64,000 bases of DNA, from assembly GCA_025603075.1 (NCBI GenBank), contig MU626262.1, positions 124,001 to 188,000 on the forward strand, read 5' to 3'. The translations under genes and the position numbers were made by a program. Shown one piece after another: positions 38,744 to 50,985 of this stretch (position 1 is the first letter of the stretch; each line of letters begins with the position of its first letter). The stretch comes from Neoconidiobolus thromboides FSU 785 (Eukaryota > Fungi > Entomophthoromycota). The notes under the pieces were generated by a model, which searched no databases, had not been told where the DNA came from, and worked only from the letters and a program-made list of their open reading frames with translations.

Positions 38744-41700
38744 ATGGAAGGTGACACCAATCCTCATACTACTACCCCATTAAATGAAGGTAGTATTGGA
38801 ATTATTAACGAAAGAACTCAAGATAATAACAATAACATAGATCAAAATATAATTGGTAGGTTTATATTGAATTTATGCAGTTCATATTTAAGTTGAACGT
38901 CTTATTTTTATATAACTACGCTTTTCTATTTTTTAATAGTTCTTTTTTAAATTAAATAGCTTAGCATTTTTAATTTATGAAAATTAGTTCTTTTGTATAT
39001 ATCTCATTCTTACATTTTAAATAAATAGATACTGAAGAGCGTGAGGAAAGTAACATGATATTTCGTCGAGCAAGTCAGACAAGTCAACCATTAATGGATA
39101 AAGCATCAATAGCAACAACAAATACTCGATATGGAGCTGCCATTACTTCAAGTGATGAAAGCAACCAACAAGTCGAAGCCAACGGCAACCTAGACGAAGA
39201 TGGCTTACATTCTCCACATTATTCTTATCCACCTCAGAATGTTCAAAATCGTAATTCCTATGCCTATATACCTGTTTCAAGGCAGGGTAGTGATGAGGAT
39301 TTAGCAGGCTTGAATGTAGCCTTTCCACTTGAAATACCAACACCAAAACAGCCACCTTATGAACAGAATATTTCGATTTTAACAGACGATCTTGAAATCA
39401 ACATTAAAGGTTATAAAGACATTAAAACCCGAACCCTCATTTACAATATTTTGGGGGTTGTAAGTGCTGGTATCATTTTCCTTTTAGGCAGATGGATGCC
39501 TAAAATCCCCATTTATTTTAACTCAGTCGAAACTTCATTTGTGGATGCAGATTGGGTTTCGATTAAGAATCAGTTTGGTGAAACTGAAAGAATAGAAATA
39601 CATACTACTGAGTATGGAGGACAATATGGTCACATCTTCCCCAATGCGAGTGAAAGTTTAAAAAGATTTGATGAAGATTCACACAATTACAAAAAGGTAA
39701 TAGTGCAAAAGGTCAAGTATATTAAATATAGATTTATGACTCTTCTTTTGGATCCTTTAACTGGTGGATTTTATCAACTTAGTCTATGGCAAGATAACAG
39801 GTGGCAGAACCCTACAGCATATCATAGTGGATTAGACTCTATCTTGTTTAAAGAAAGAGAATCTGTCTTCCAAACTAACGAAATTGATATACCTCAAAAA
39901 TCAATTATAAGCTTGTTATTCAATGAAGTTTTACACCCTTTCTATATCTTCCAAGTCTTTTCTATTATATTATGGTGCTTTGAGAATTATTATATTTATG
40001 CTTCTTCGATCTTTGTCATCTCAGTCTTTTCTATTATATCTACCTTAATTCAAACCCGCAATAATTGGAAACAGATTAGAGAAATGTCAAAGTTTGTTTG
40101 TGATGTTAGAGTTTATCGTCAAAGACATTGGACAACCATATCATCTTCTGAATTGGTTCCAGGTGATATTTACGAAATTTCGGACCCCGAGTTTGGTGTT
40201 TTCCCGTGTGATTCTGTTTTAATTCAAGGTGATTGTATTGTTGGTGAAAGTATGCTTACTGGTGAAAGTATTCCTATTTCAAAGGTACCCATAAGTGATC
40301 CGCAATTGCTTCAAAAAGAATTCGGCCCATCTTTAACTAGTATGAACTCTTTCTCTCCTGAATTATCAAAATCCTTGTTGTTCTCTGGTACTCATATAAT
40401 CCGCGTTAGAGGTGGATTCATTCCTAATCATATTTTCCCAGATCGTGAAAAAGATAGAAGGGCAGTTGCCATGGTCGTAAGAACTGGTTTTAATACCGCT
40501 AAAGGTTCTTTAGTTCGTTCAATTTTATTCCCACGTCCAACTTCATTCCAGTTCTACAGAGACTCTTTTTATTTTACTGGGGTGATGTTTTTAATCGCAT
40601 TGGTTGGATTTGCTATCAGTGTATGGAAGCTTTTGGATATAGGAATGAAAACTTCTCTTATCATTATTAGGACATTGGATATTGTAACGATCGTAGTACC
40701 TCCAGCTCTTCCTGCTACTATGTCAGTTGGTATGACTTTTGCTATTTCACGTCTTAAAACGAAAAGCATTTTCTGTATTGCACCTTCTAGAATTAACATT
40801 TGTGGAAAGATTGATGTTGTTTGTTTCGATAAAACAGGCACACTCACGGAAGAAGGATTGGATGTATTGGGTGCACAAAGTTTAACTAACAGGTCGTTAA
40901 ATGAAATTACCGAGGACATTTCAGCTTTATCAACTCAAACCAAGGATCAAAAAATTAGTTTACTTCATTGTTTAGCAACTTGCCATTCTATTAAAGTGGT
41001 TGAGGATGAACTTTTAGGAGATCCTCTCGATCTCAAAATGTTTGAATCTACTAATTGGACTTTAGAAGAAGGTGGATCTACTCATGCTCAAAGCTCTACT
41101 GCTGATGATAAACGCCATTCCACTCAATTTATCCCTTCGATGGTAAGACCTCCAAACCAACCTCGCTTTTCCATGGATAACATTCAAGGTATTCCTTCTG
41201 GTTTCCTTGAACTGGGTATTTTAAGATCATTTGAGTTCATTTCTAACTTAAGACGTATGTCAGTAATTGTCAAAAAATTGGGATCGCCATCTACTGAAGT
41301 ATATACCAAAGGTGCACCAGAGGCTATAGCTGAATTATGCAACCCGGATTCCTTACCACTTGATTATTATAGTCAACTTGATTCATACACTCAACAAGGC
41401 TATCGTGTTATTGCTTGTGCTGGCAAAAGTTTGGATAATTTACCTTTTATAAAGGTTCATAAAATTTCAAGAGAAAATGTCGAATCTAACTTAACCTTTT
41501 TGGGATTCATTGTATTTGAAAACAAATTGAAGCCAGAAACCATCCCAGCTATTAAGATTTTACAAGATGCTCAAATCCGTCAGATCATGTGTACTGGTGA
41601 TAATCATTTAACTGCTATTTCAGTTGCTAAACAGTGTTCAATCATTGATGAACACGCACTTGTATTTGTTCCAAAGGTGGAGGCTGATTCCCATCAAGTT

Positions 41701-42987
41701 TATTGGGAATCTGTAAATCATGTTCAACTTGGATTAGAAGATGATAGGCCTGTTTTGTTGGACTCTGTTCTCCTTAAACCACCGCCAGCTTACTCCCATA
41801 ATTATGCATTAGCGATCACAGGCAATGTATTTAGACATATTTTAGATAATTCCACCTCTGGGGTTATTGATAGAATGTTAGTTAAAGCACAAGTTTATGC
41901 ACGTATGTCACCAGAAGAGAAGCAAGAACTAGTAGAAATGTTACAACGTGTTGACTATTGTGTAAGTTTTTGTGGTGATGGTGCTAATGATTGTGGTGCA
42001 TTAAAAGCAGCTGATGTTGGGTTATCTCTTTCCGAAGCTGAAGCTTCAATAGCAGCCCCTTTCACCTCTAAAGTTCAAGATATTTCATGCGTACCATTGG
42101 TGATCAGGGAAGGAAGAGCAGCTTTGGTGACTAGCTTTTCTTGCTTCAAATACATGGGCTTATACTCTATTATTCAATTTGCTTCTATCATTCTTTTGTA
42201 TAACTATGGATCTAATTTGGGTGACTACCAATTTTTGTTATTTGATTTGTTTGTTATTCTTCCAGTAGCTGTGGCCATGGCACGTACGCTCCCTCACCCC
42301 AAACTCCATGTCAAAGCTCCAACTGCTAGTTTAGTATCTACAAAAATGTTAGTGTCTTTTATTGGTCAATGTGGTGTACAAATTGCATTCCAAGTAATTG
42401 CCTTCTTTTATTTGATTAACCAAGAATGGTTTGAAGTACCTCCTTATGACCCTGAAGAACCAAATATCAGTTCACAAGTCAATACCACTCTCTTTATTAT
42501 ATCTTCCTATCAATATTTATGGGGAGCCATTGTATTTTCAGTTGGCTACCCATATCGTAAAGAGCTTTATACCAATATGCCATTTGTGCTTACTCTTGGA
42601 GTATTATTAGCTTTTATGATGTGGTGTAATTTGGGACCATCTCAATGGATATTAGATGTGTTTGAATTGGTTGAAATACCACAAGGATTTTTATTATCGT
42701 TATTAGGGATTGCATTTGCTAATTTGGCAACAGCGTATATATATGAGCAAGTCATATCCAGATTTATTATCATTGCTATTGATTTTACCAAATATTTGCT
42801 CCGCTCCATGTTCTCAAGCTCTAGCTCTAGCTATTCCAATACTTTGAAGAAAGATAGTGATTCAGGAGCTTCTACACCAACAGCTGTAGAAACCTTTAAA
42901 AAGGTTAATACTAGAGGAAAAACAAGCAGTAAACACTTCCAGCTTGTTAAGGCTCAGATGGATAGAGAATTGATTATATCGGCTTAG
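38744..42987 (+). CDS. YPK9: P5B-type ATPase (Ypk9/ATP13A2-like)
   Basis: Exon 1 38744-38855 plus exon 2 39029-42987 (4071 nt, in frame). PPALP, FDKTGTLT, LTGES, KGAPE, TGDN and GDGANDCG motifs. Confidence 0.93.
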
Positions 42988-43192
42988 TATTATGAATAAT
43001 CAATCTAGTTGTTTTTACTTTTTTGTTTTAATAAAACTAATTTTATTATAAGTTTAGTATTTATTTTATTTAATAATAGGCAATTTCTCATAGGCATTAA
43101 GTTGTAAAATACTAAACTCACATTATAAAAGTAGAAAAAATGTCTTCAAAAGTACTTTTATTTATTATGTAATTATTTACAAACTAATCAAA

Positions 43193-44071
43193 TCAATAAC
43201 CACGAACCCAAGAGCGAAGCTTGTTATAATAATGTCTTAAACGATGTTTTTTGTTTAAAGGACCAAGATTTTCATAGACCCAATCTCTATAAGCAGAGAC
43301 ACGAGTAAAACCATCTGGTAAATCTTCTTCTATTCTACATTTTTCTTCACCAAAGGAAACAACGCCAACTTGGAAATAACGTGTGTAGTTATCATGACCA
43401 TTATTAGTCTCTGGATCTGCAGCTAAAGTATAAAATAATGGACCCCCAGAATCACCATTACAAATTGCTTGGGTATTATTTGGTGAGCGTGTACATACAG
43501 CTTTATTCCCATCAAAGCTATCCTTCCATTTTTCTCTACACTCATCAACATCCACTGCTTTAACTTTTGCCTCTTGTAACTTGCTAGGTAACTTTTCTTT
43601 ATCATAATCTATCAAACCCCACCCAATAACATTAAGCTCAGGTAAATCTTTATCAGTATTCTTATCACCTTTATATAACTTTACAAAATCTACATCAATA
43701 CTAAATGGAATCATTGTCTTCAACTTCCAAACTCCAATATCATTGTCTAAGCTTTCATTATTATACTTTGGATGTGGGATGATTTTGGCGACTGCTAGAT
43801 AATCACCTTTCTCTTCAGAATAGGGCTTTGATAAATCAAAACGATGTAATGCTACTGCAGCTTTCTCTGGTGCTATTTCACAGCAGTGGGCTGCAGTTAA
43901 AACTGTCCATCGATCTATCAATGATCCTCCGCAAAAATGTTGTAGTTGATCATCTTGTAAACTTACTATAAATTTGTATTTAAAAGCTTCAGCTGGGCTA
44001 TCTATATGCTCTGGGTCTTTTGCTATAACGCTTAAAGCTAATAAGCTTGATAATAAATAACTAGATTTCAT
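43193..44071 (-). CDS. Secreted S1 (trypsin-fold) serine protease, atypical, intronless
   Basis: Signal peptide; intact triad TAAHC / DNDIG / GDSGGP; CGGSLI. Lacks an IVGG N-terminus; the S1-pocket position is Ala. Confidence 0.92.
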   Translation of the reverse strand: MKSSYLLSSLLALSVIAKDPEHIDSPAEAFKYKFIVSLQDDQLQHFCGGSLIDRWTVLTAAHCCEIAPEKAAVALHRFDLSKPYSEEKGDYLAVAKIIPHPKYNNESLDNDIGVWKLKTMIPFSIDVDFVKLYKGDKNTDKDLPELNVIGWGLIDYDKEKLPSKLQEAKVKAVDVDECREKWKDSFDGNKAVCTRSPNNTQAICNGDSGGPLFYTLAADPETNNGHDNYTRYFQVGVVSFGEEKCRIEEDLPDGFTRVSAYRDWVYENLGPLNKKHRLRHYYNKLRSWVRGY

Positions 44072-44736
44072 CTTATTTTATTTTTGATAACAAACAAACT
44101 TTGGTTTGCTTTTATTTGGATGGTTTCACCAAGGAGTAATTTTTCAATTATTGCGTGAAATTTGTCCGCTATTTAAAAAGTTATTGGCAAGTTCTGAAAG
44201 TTATTTTTAACTTTATGTGACCATAGCTTTTGTCTCTCTAAATAACATCAAATAACCATATCACTAATATATAATATCAAACTTTAAATTTGAAGATAAT
44301 TCCACTTATTGCTATTTAAGTTTGTCCGATATAATGATTTTATATTATGGAATAGGTACATAAAGCCTGTAAATTGCTGTTTCTTTATCAAGCTACGAAA
44401 GTCAATTCACAACGGTATAATAACAAATAGTTAAGAATACATTATTTTTGAAATAGGTCATAAATTTCAAAAATATAAATGTTTATAGCATTTTCCAAAC
44501 CTTATATTTTTATTTTATTTAAGTATTTCTTAGTACGCTACTTATTATGTATGATGTAAAAATAAATCGAATAGTATTTAAATATGGAGTTTAATTTTAT
44601 TGAAAGGCCATTTAATAGAAATAAAATAGACACAAATATTAAATGAGTGATATATGATAACTTATAAGAATTCCTACCTTTGTATGAATAGAAATGACTG
44701 GCTTTTTAAAAACATGAATGTTCATCTATTTCTCAA

Positions 44737-44943
44737 TACAACCCCTAAAAATAAGGTCTACAAAAATAAACCAACTTTAAAAATAAAATAGATAAAATTG
44801 TAGTGGGTGTAAACAGAGATTAGTTATAATAATTACGAAAATAGGATTGTTTGTGGTCTGTATCAGTTTAAATTAACCGTCAATCCTGTTTTTGTTTTTA
44901 TGTGATGTATTGTGATAGAAACAAACTTTATTTTAAGGGTGTA
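44737..44943. mobile_element. Possible degraded TA-flanked TIR element (~205 bp)
   Basis: Left TACAACCCCTAAAAATAAGG versus reverse complement of the right end TACACCCTTAAAATAAAG; needs indels to align, single copy. Confidence 0.3.
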
Positions 44944-45283
44944 TAATAACTTATAGTTAGTTGGACCGGAGTAAGACAAAGTGATTTTCCAAACTCAATA
45001 AAAAAGAAATTAAAAGAACCCTGTAATTTTTTTGATTTCCCGTATAATCGTTATCAAACATTGCATATTTTTTATCCGAAGATGGAGTTTTGTTGTTTAG
45101 TTTTATTTAAATAATAATTTATAGCGTGTATTAAAATTTAATTACTGTCCTTGTTTTGCTTTCCTTAATCCCTCCATCTTAATTGTATCGATTTTAAAAC
45201 CGAGTTGGGTATTTAAAAATGATGTAACTTGAAAATTATATTGAATTTTATATAAAATTTTTATTTATATAATAATAAGCATG

Positions 45284-45390
45284 ATATGGGGGATGTATTT
45301 TTGTGTTTAAGAATTTTACTAATAATTTTTCCACTTAAATAGCGCTTAAAAAATCGAAAAGTAATGAAACCAAAAAAAACACCACCATAT
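45284..45390 (-). mobile_element. ~105-bp palindromic MITE-like repeat, copy 9
   Basis: ATATGGGGGATG...TTTTTCCACTTAAATAGCGCTTAAA...CACCACCATAT. Confidence 0.88.
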
Positions 45391-45839
45391 AGTTTACAAT
45401 CTATTCAGATGTATTTTAAAAAAATGATTGATAATGATATAAGCTTAATAAAGTGTAAATAAATACCTGATTACAAATAATTTGTAATATAGGCTATTTG
45501 TCTGTTTTTTGATACTAAATATCATGAATAATATATAATTTATATTTATTTTAGCTATAATTAAGCATCCTTGTTAAAGTAGCGTCATACATATTATTTA
45601 TTCCGTGAAAAATTAGTTCTGTATCTATTAATTTGAGGACAATTATTTTAATAACATGACTTACAGACGTCATTTCTTGTATTATATTATTAAAAATCAG
45701 AACTAAATAATTTGAAAATCATAAAGTACTATTAATTACTGTGTTTATTAAATAAATATGTGTGATTAAAACTAAATAAGATATTTTGAACGGATTAATA
45801 TTACAGTCAAATAATTTATGTACAAAAGGATCGAAAAAG

Positions 45840-46860
45840 TCAGGAAAGATGTTCTGGGAAATGAGATGGCTCATCATATAGAATAGGAATATAATGCTGG
45901 ATTTCTTGAATTCTGTCACTTTGATTAAGTATTATATGATTGAATAAAACGCAGCAGTGATCAATTGAAATTCTACGATCAGGGATAGGGGCTAACATCG
46001 ATGTTAATAAACGGTAAAATGGTGACGCTCCTTGATGACCAAGATGCTTAAATGCTAATGTTTGAAGATACCGTCTAAAGTTAGGGTCATTATTCTCGGC
46101 ATAATCCCATGGCACAGATCCGGTCAAAAGAGAATAGATCAAAATGCCAGCTCCCCATATATCCTGAGCATTAAAATCTTTAATATATAATCTATCGTTG
46201 ACAAATTCAGGTGAACAAAAAGGATCACTCTTTTTTAAATAATAGGAGGGAGTTGCAGTAGCCTCATGTGATCTCATGGCAAAATCAAAATTGCTTAGTT
46301 TTAATACACCATCGGAAGTCATAACTATGCTTTCTAAATTTATATTCAAGTGAACTATACCCTTATTTTTTAAAAATAACAACCCACTTAACAAATCGGA
46401 TATAAATCCTGTACATGTTTCCGGCGTAACATACCCTTGATCTATCATACCTCTCCCATCAAAGTAGACACCATCAGTTATAACGTAATATAGCTCGTAA
46501 GCGTGACATAAATCGATGGGCTTAAGTATATTCCTATGGTCCAAGTTACTACTTAAAAATATTTCGTCTCTTATCCTTTTAAGATATATTTGCTCCTCTT
46601 CAAACATGCTTACTTTTCGAAATATTTTCAATGTTTTGACCTAAATATAAGTTAATTAAAGACTATAAAGCTAATAATCTATTTACTTGATTAGTAGATT
46701 TCATCCGTACGTTATATTTCAAACTACCAGGGCAAGCATCTAATAGAGGAGAAAGCACCTCAAAGTTATCGAATAGAGGTTTAGCTTCCACATCCAATAT
46801 TTTCCTTGACTTCTTCTTTCTTTTAAAGATTTTAGCTAAAGACTCTCTAAACCCAGGCAT
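45840..46860 (-). CDS. Protein-kinase-fold protein, probable pseudokinase (HAL/Npr-like C-lobe), 2 exons, ~324 aa
   Basis: Exons 46860-46687 and 46640-45840 (46-bp GT-AG intron, 975 nt). Beta-3 Lys, alphaC Glu, SPE, DIWGAG and GSVPW are present; HRDxK is HLNIN, DFG is NFD, and there is no GxGxxG. Confidence 0.85.
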
Positions 46861-48769
46861 ATTGTTTGATTAATTAAAGAAAGATTAATTGTTTAAATAC
46901 TTTGTTCAAGCCATTTTAAATCGGTTTAACCTAAAATTCTATTTTTTTTCCTTTTTTGGTTCCTCTCCTAATTAACCCTTTCGAATTTCAATGGTTAGCT
47001 TAAAATCCATTTTTGATTAAACTCATAAAATACTCCAATCATACTATTGCATATGATCCACTATAACATACTGCCAATCAATTACTTATACTTATGCCCA
47101 GCTTAAAAGAATTTCCTACTTTTAAAGGTGTTTTGTTTAACTCATACATTAACTTGTATATTACTGTTAAATATGATATAGTAAAACAAAGACGATATAC
47201 AAAAAATATGAATAAGAGTTAAACTCAACTCCTTTAATTACATAATTCATGTTTTATGGGCATATTAGTAAGTCAAACTTTAATTAATTTATTTCTCGAG
47301 TTTATAAATGCCAACTTTTACTGTCTTCCTTTTTTAAAGAATTAAATATCCCTGGGTTGGTTTCATCAATGACTTTTTTTTGCTAAACTTGAAACTTAAT
47401 GAATTTCGTAGTTCCCATTTAAAGTAGATGTAAGAGTTAATACATTCCATAATATGGGAATCGTTGCTATTTTAAGCTATACCATCAAAATAATTCTTAA
47501 TAATATTAAAAATCTAAGTTTTGTTATAAAATTATTCATACTTACTACTTTTATTATGAATTGCAATTACTAATCCATTTTACCAGGCTCTTACTTTATA
47601 TCCAAGATCAGTACCATAACTTCAAGTCTTTATTATTAATTATCTTCTTCACCCCTTTTCATTAATATATTAATAGAATCTATTAACTAACCCTCAAAAT
47701 TTTGTTTATTTCCTTACTTTGTTCCTTTATCTTCAATTTCGGGTTATTCAAGCTCTTCCGAAAAATATAATGCTAGTAAATAAATTAAATCAAGTTTATA
47801 AATTATAGATCGATGTTGAATAGAGCATATAATGAAGTATACATTAAACTTCCAGGTATAAAAATAAAGAAGCTTGAACTTAATGTTTAAATTAGAATTT
47901 TGGTTTAAAACTATGTTTGGATTTAAGCTTTTAGATCTGATTATTACGTGTTAGTTCAATCAAATATTAGATTTGCATATTTATATATTACATTTTGTAG
48001 CATTTATTATAAATTTATTAGCTCAACTTGATTAGACTATTAGTTTAAGAATTATCTGGTTACAATTTTCGAAAAAAATTGCTTGAATTAGGTAGTGTAA
48101 AAATCGAAAGCAATTGTACAATGTGTATCTTGAATAATTATAAGTTACAAGTATTATCAAATATTCTTAAATTTTACCAGGGGTCTCTTTAAATGTTTTA
48201 TTTTAGCTATTAGAAAGTATGAATCTTTGATTGCTGTACAAAAACCGATGTGAGCTTATTTTTTTATTCATAGTTTCTAATAGCCTTTTCAAATTTACAC
48301 ACTATAAAAAATAAAAACTAAGAAACAACATTCTCATGTTTTATATTTCCGAAGGAACAAATAAACTTACAAATAAAGCATCAAAAGTAAAATAAAAGTG
48401 TTGATGAGAAAAGAAATAAGCTTTGTTTTACTGTTTTGTTTATACTCTTTTTAATAAAACTATGAAAATTAAAAAACTAATGTTTGAACTTGTTTTTTAT
48501 TTGACTTTATTTTAAAGCGAATAAAAGACAAAAACTAGAATAAAATAAAAAAACTATTTTTAAGTAAAAAATCCATCAATGAATTTTAATAAACATTTCT
48601 ATTACAATAAGCAAAAGAATTAAAAGCTATCAAAAACACCTTCGCTTTATAACAAATTTAAAAACTAGAAAAAATTGCTATCAAAGATTATTTAAATAAA
48701 TAAATAATATACAAGTATAACTGCTATTTTTTTAACCAAAAATTAAGACTTGATTTTTAGCAAATTAGT

Positions 48770-48875
48770 ATTTGGGGTTGTTTTTTGGTTTTATCACTTT
48801 TTCTATTTTTTTAAGTGCTATTTGAGTGGAAAGGTTATTAGTAAGATCCTTAAACAAAAAAACACATCCCCATTT
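48770..48875 (+). mobile_element. ~105-bp palindromic MITE-like repeat, copy 10
   Basis: ATTTGGGGTTG...TTAAGTGCTATTTGAGTGGAAAGG...CACATCCCCATTT. Confidence 0.85.
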
Positions 48876-49196
48876 AATATAATCAAAGTTGATTCATTTT
48901 TAACATTTGAATGTTCTCTATAGTTTATCAAGTGTCCTTTTTGAGCTTTGAGAGGAAATTTAAGGTACCTTTCTATTGTGGTATTTTTATAATCTATTTG
49001 CAACTAAATTAAAATATTGATAACTTTAAAAATCTATTAGTTTTTTTTGAAGATGTTAATTTAACTTCAATAGTTTACTTGATTCAACTACCTCCCGAAG
49101 CACTACTCCATATTTGGGTATCCTTATACAAAGTGGAATTTCAAGTCATCGAATATAGCTTGCTTCAATACAAAGGTGATATGATATAATAGGGCA

Positions 49197-49425
49197 CAGA
49201 TGTTTAGCTTCAAATGTACAATATTTTCTCCAAATTTAATTTAGGTGTGAATAATCATTTTCATTTTGTATTTGATAAATATAATAATAGAATAATAGAA
49301 TAATAGAATATAATAATAATAGAAAGAAACATTATAAATAAATTTAGCAGACACAAAATGTAAATGCTAACCCTTGGATAAATTGAATTTGGAGAGAATA
49401 TTGTACATTTGAAACTAAACAGCTG
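49197..49425. mobile_element. 229-bp non-autonomous TIR element with 47-bp inverted arms
   Basis: Arms 49197-49243 and 49379-49425 are reverse complements with 4 mismatches and start CAG(A/C)TG. TA follows on the right and CA precedes on the left. The interior has AATAATAG repeats. Confidence 0.75.
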
Positions 49426-50985
49426 TATTTCTTACCAATTATTTAGTTTTCTATTCCTCCTCATTTCACTTACCTCATACTCTTTACCTCTTTATTATTT
49501 AATTTAGCAGCTACTTTTTTCTCTAAAATAAAACATTTGAGTCTCCTCTTATATATTTTAAAAATGTTGAACTATCTTACTGAGCGTTAATTGTCAAAAA
49601 AAAAAGAAATCAATGTGAAATGAACTATTTAATAAGAAATGTTAAAAATTAAAAGATAAGATAGTACAAAAATGGTATTATATTTTTAACTGATGGTTCA
49701 ATGACCTAGAATGTTAACATATGAGCTTGTATATTTATCTTTGTTAATAAGAATCTAGATGTTTATTTTGTTTAGTTTCAATAGATAGCTCGAATTTTTG
49801 TAACTAAAAATAAAGAACTATTAATATTAAATAATTTGAAAAAGCTCGGTTAAACATCAAGAATAAAGTAGGATTAGATTAGCAAAGATTAAGCAAGCTT
49901 TTACTTATAGTTTGACGAATAGAGATGCCATAAAACTAGTATTTTCAGAAATATAATAGATAGGGCTTTATCAAAAGAGAGTATATCAGTTACAGAAGCT
50001 CTATTTGATAAAACACAATAATAAGAGAAATTAATTTGATAATGAACATAACGCCTTTTAGGGTAAAATAAATAGGGGTTTCGGACCAAATAAATCCTCT
50101 TAGCAAATTAGACTATTAATGTAAAATTAAACGCGATATTTATAGTACATGAAGGCTAATATAATATAAATTTTATTATAAATAACAAATTAATATATTT
50201 AATATAACTATAATGACAACATGCTACTAGGATAGTTTCACTATAAAAGTCAGTAATAAATATATTCGCTTTATTATTGTATAACTAGTATCAAGTATTT
50301 GCGAACTAGTGAATTTTTAATAATTTTATTCTTGTAATTAGTAAAGAAATTGTAAATTTCACTTTTCTATTAGCCGGTATTGATTTATCTGCTTATTGTT
50401 ACTATTAAGTTTTTAAATAGCTGCTTCTATTTATCATTATTCTCTCAATTAATAATAGATTATAAAGCATAAGTAAAATTTTGGTATATAATATATTATA
50501 TATAGCATTCATCTGTTGCTATTAAGTAGATAATATTTTTCAGATAATGAATTTAGTAAAATTGAATTTTATATCCCTTATCTTATCCAACAATAGTTTG
50601 TTTTTGAATATAAAAACTTAATAAGGGAATAGTTGCAATCACTAATTGGTGGATGGGAAAAAAATGATTTAGATTTTAAGGCGTGAATACCCAAATAAAG
50701 GATCGAAAAGCTTACTACGTCAAGCTAGGCTAAAAATTACATCAAATTATCTCAAAAGAATAAATCATTGGAAAAGGTGCGATATCATTGAATAATTATT
50801 AGTGATTGCAAATAATGATAATAAAAGTATAAAAACAAAAGGATAGTAATAATTAAATAAAGTTTTTGAATTGAATCCAATTTTTTTATTTTTTGTACTT
50901 AAAATACTTATTGTAAGATATACCTTTATTTACTTATATCTTTTATTAACCTTACTTTTAGTCTCCGTTTATAAATTATTAAAAA

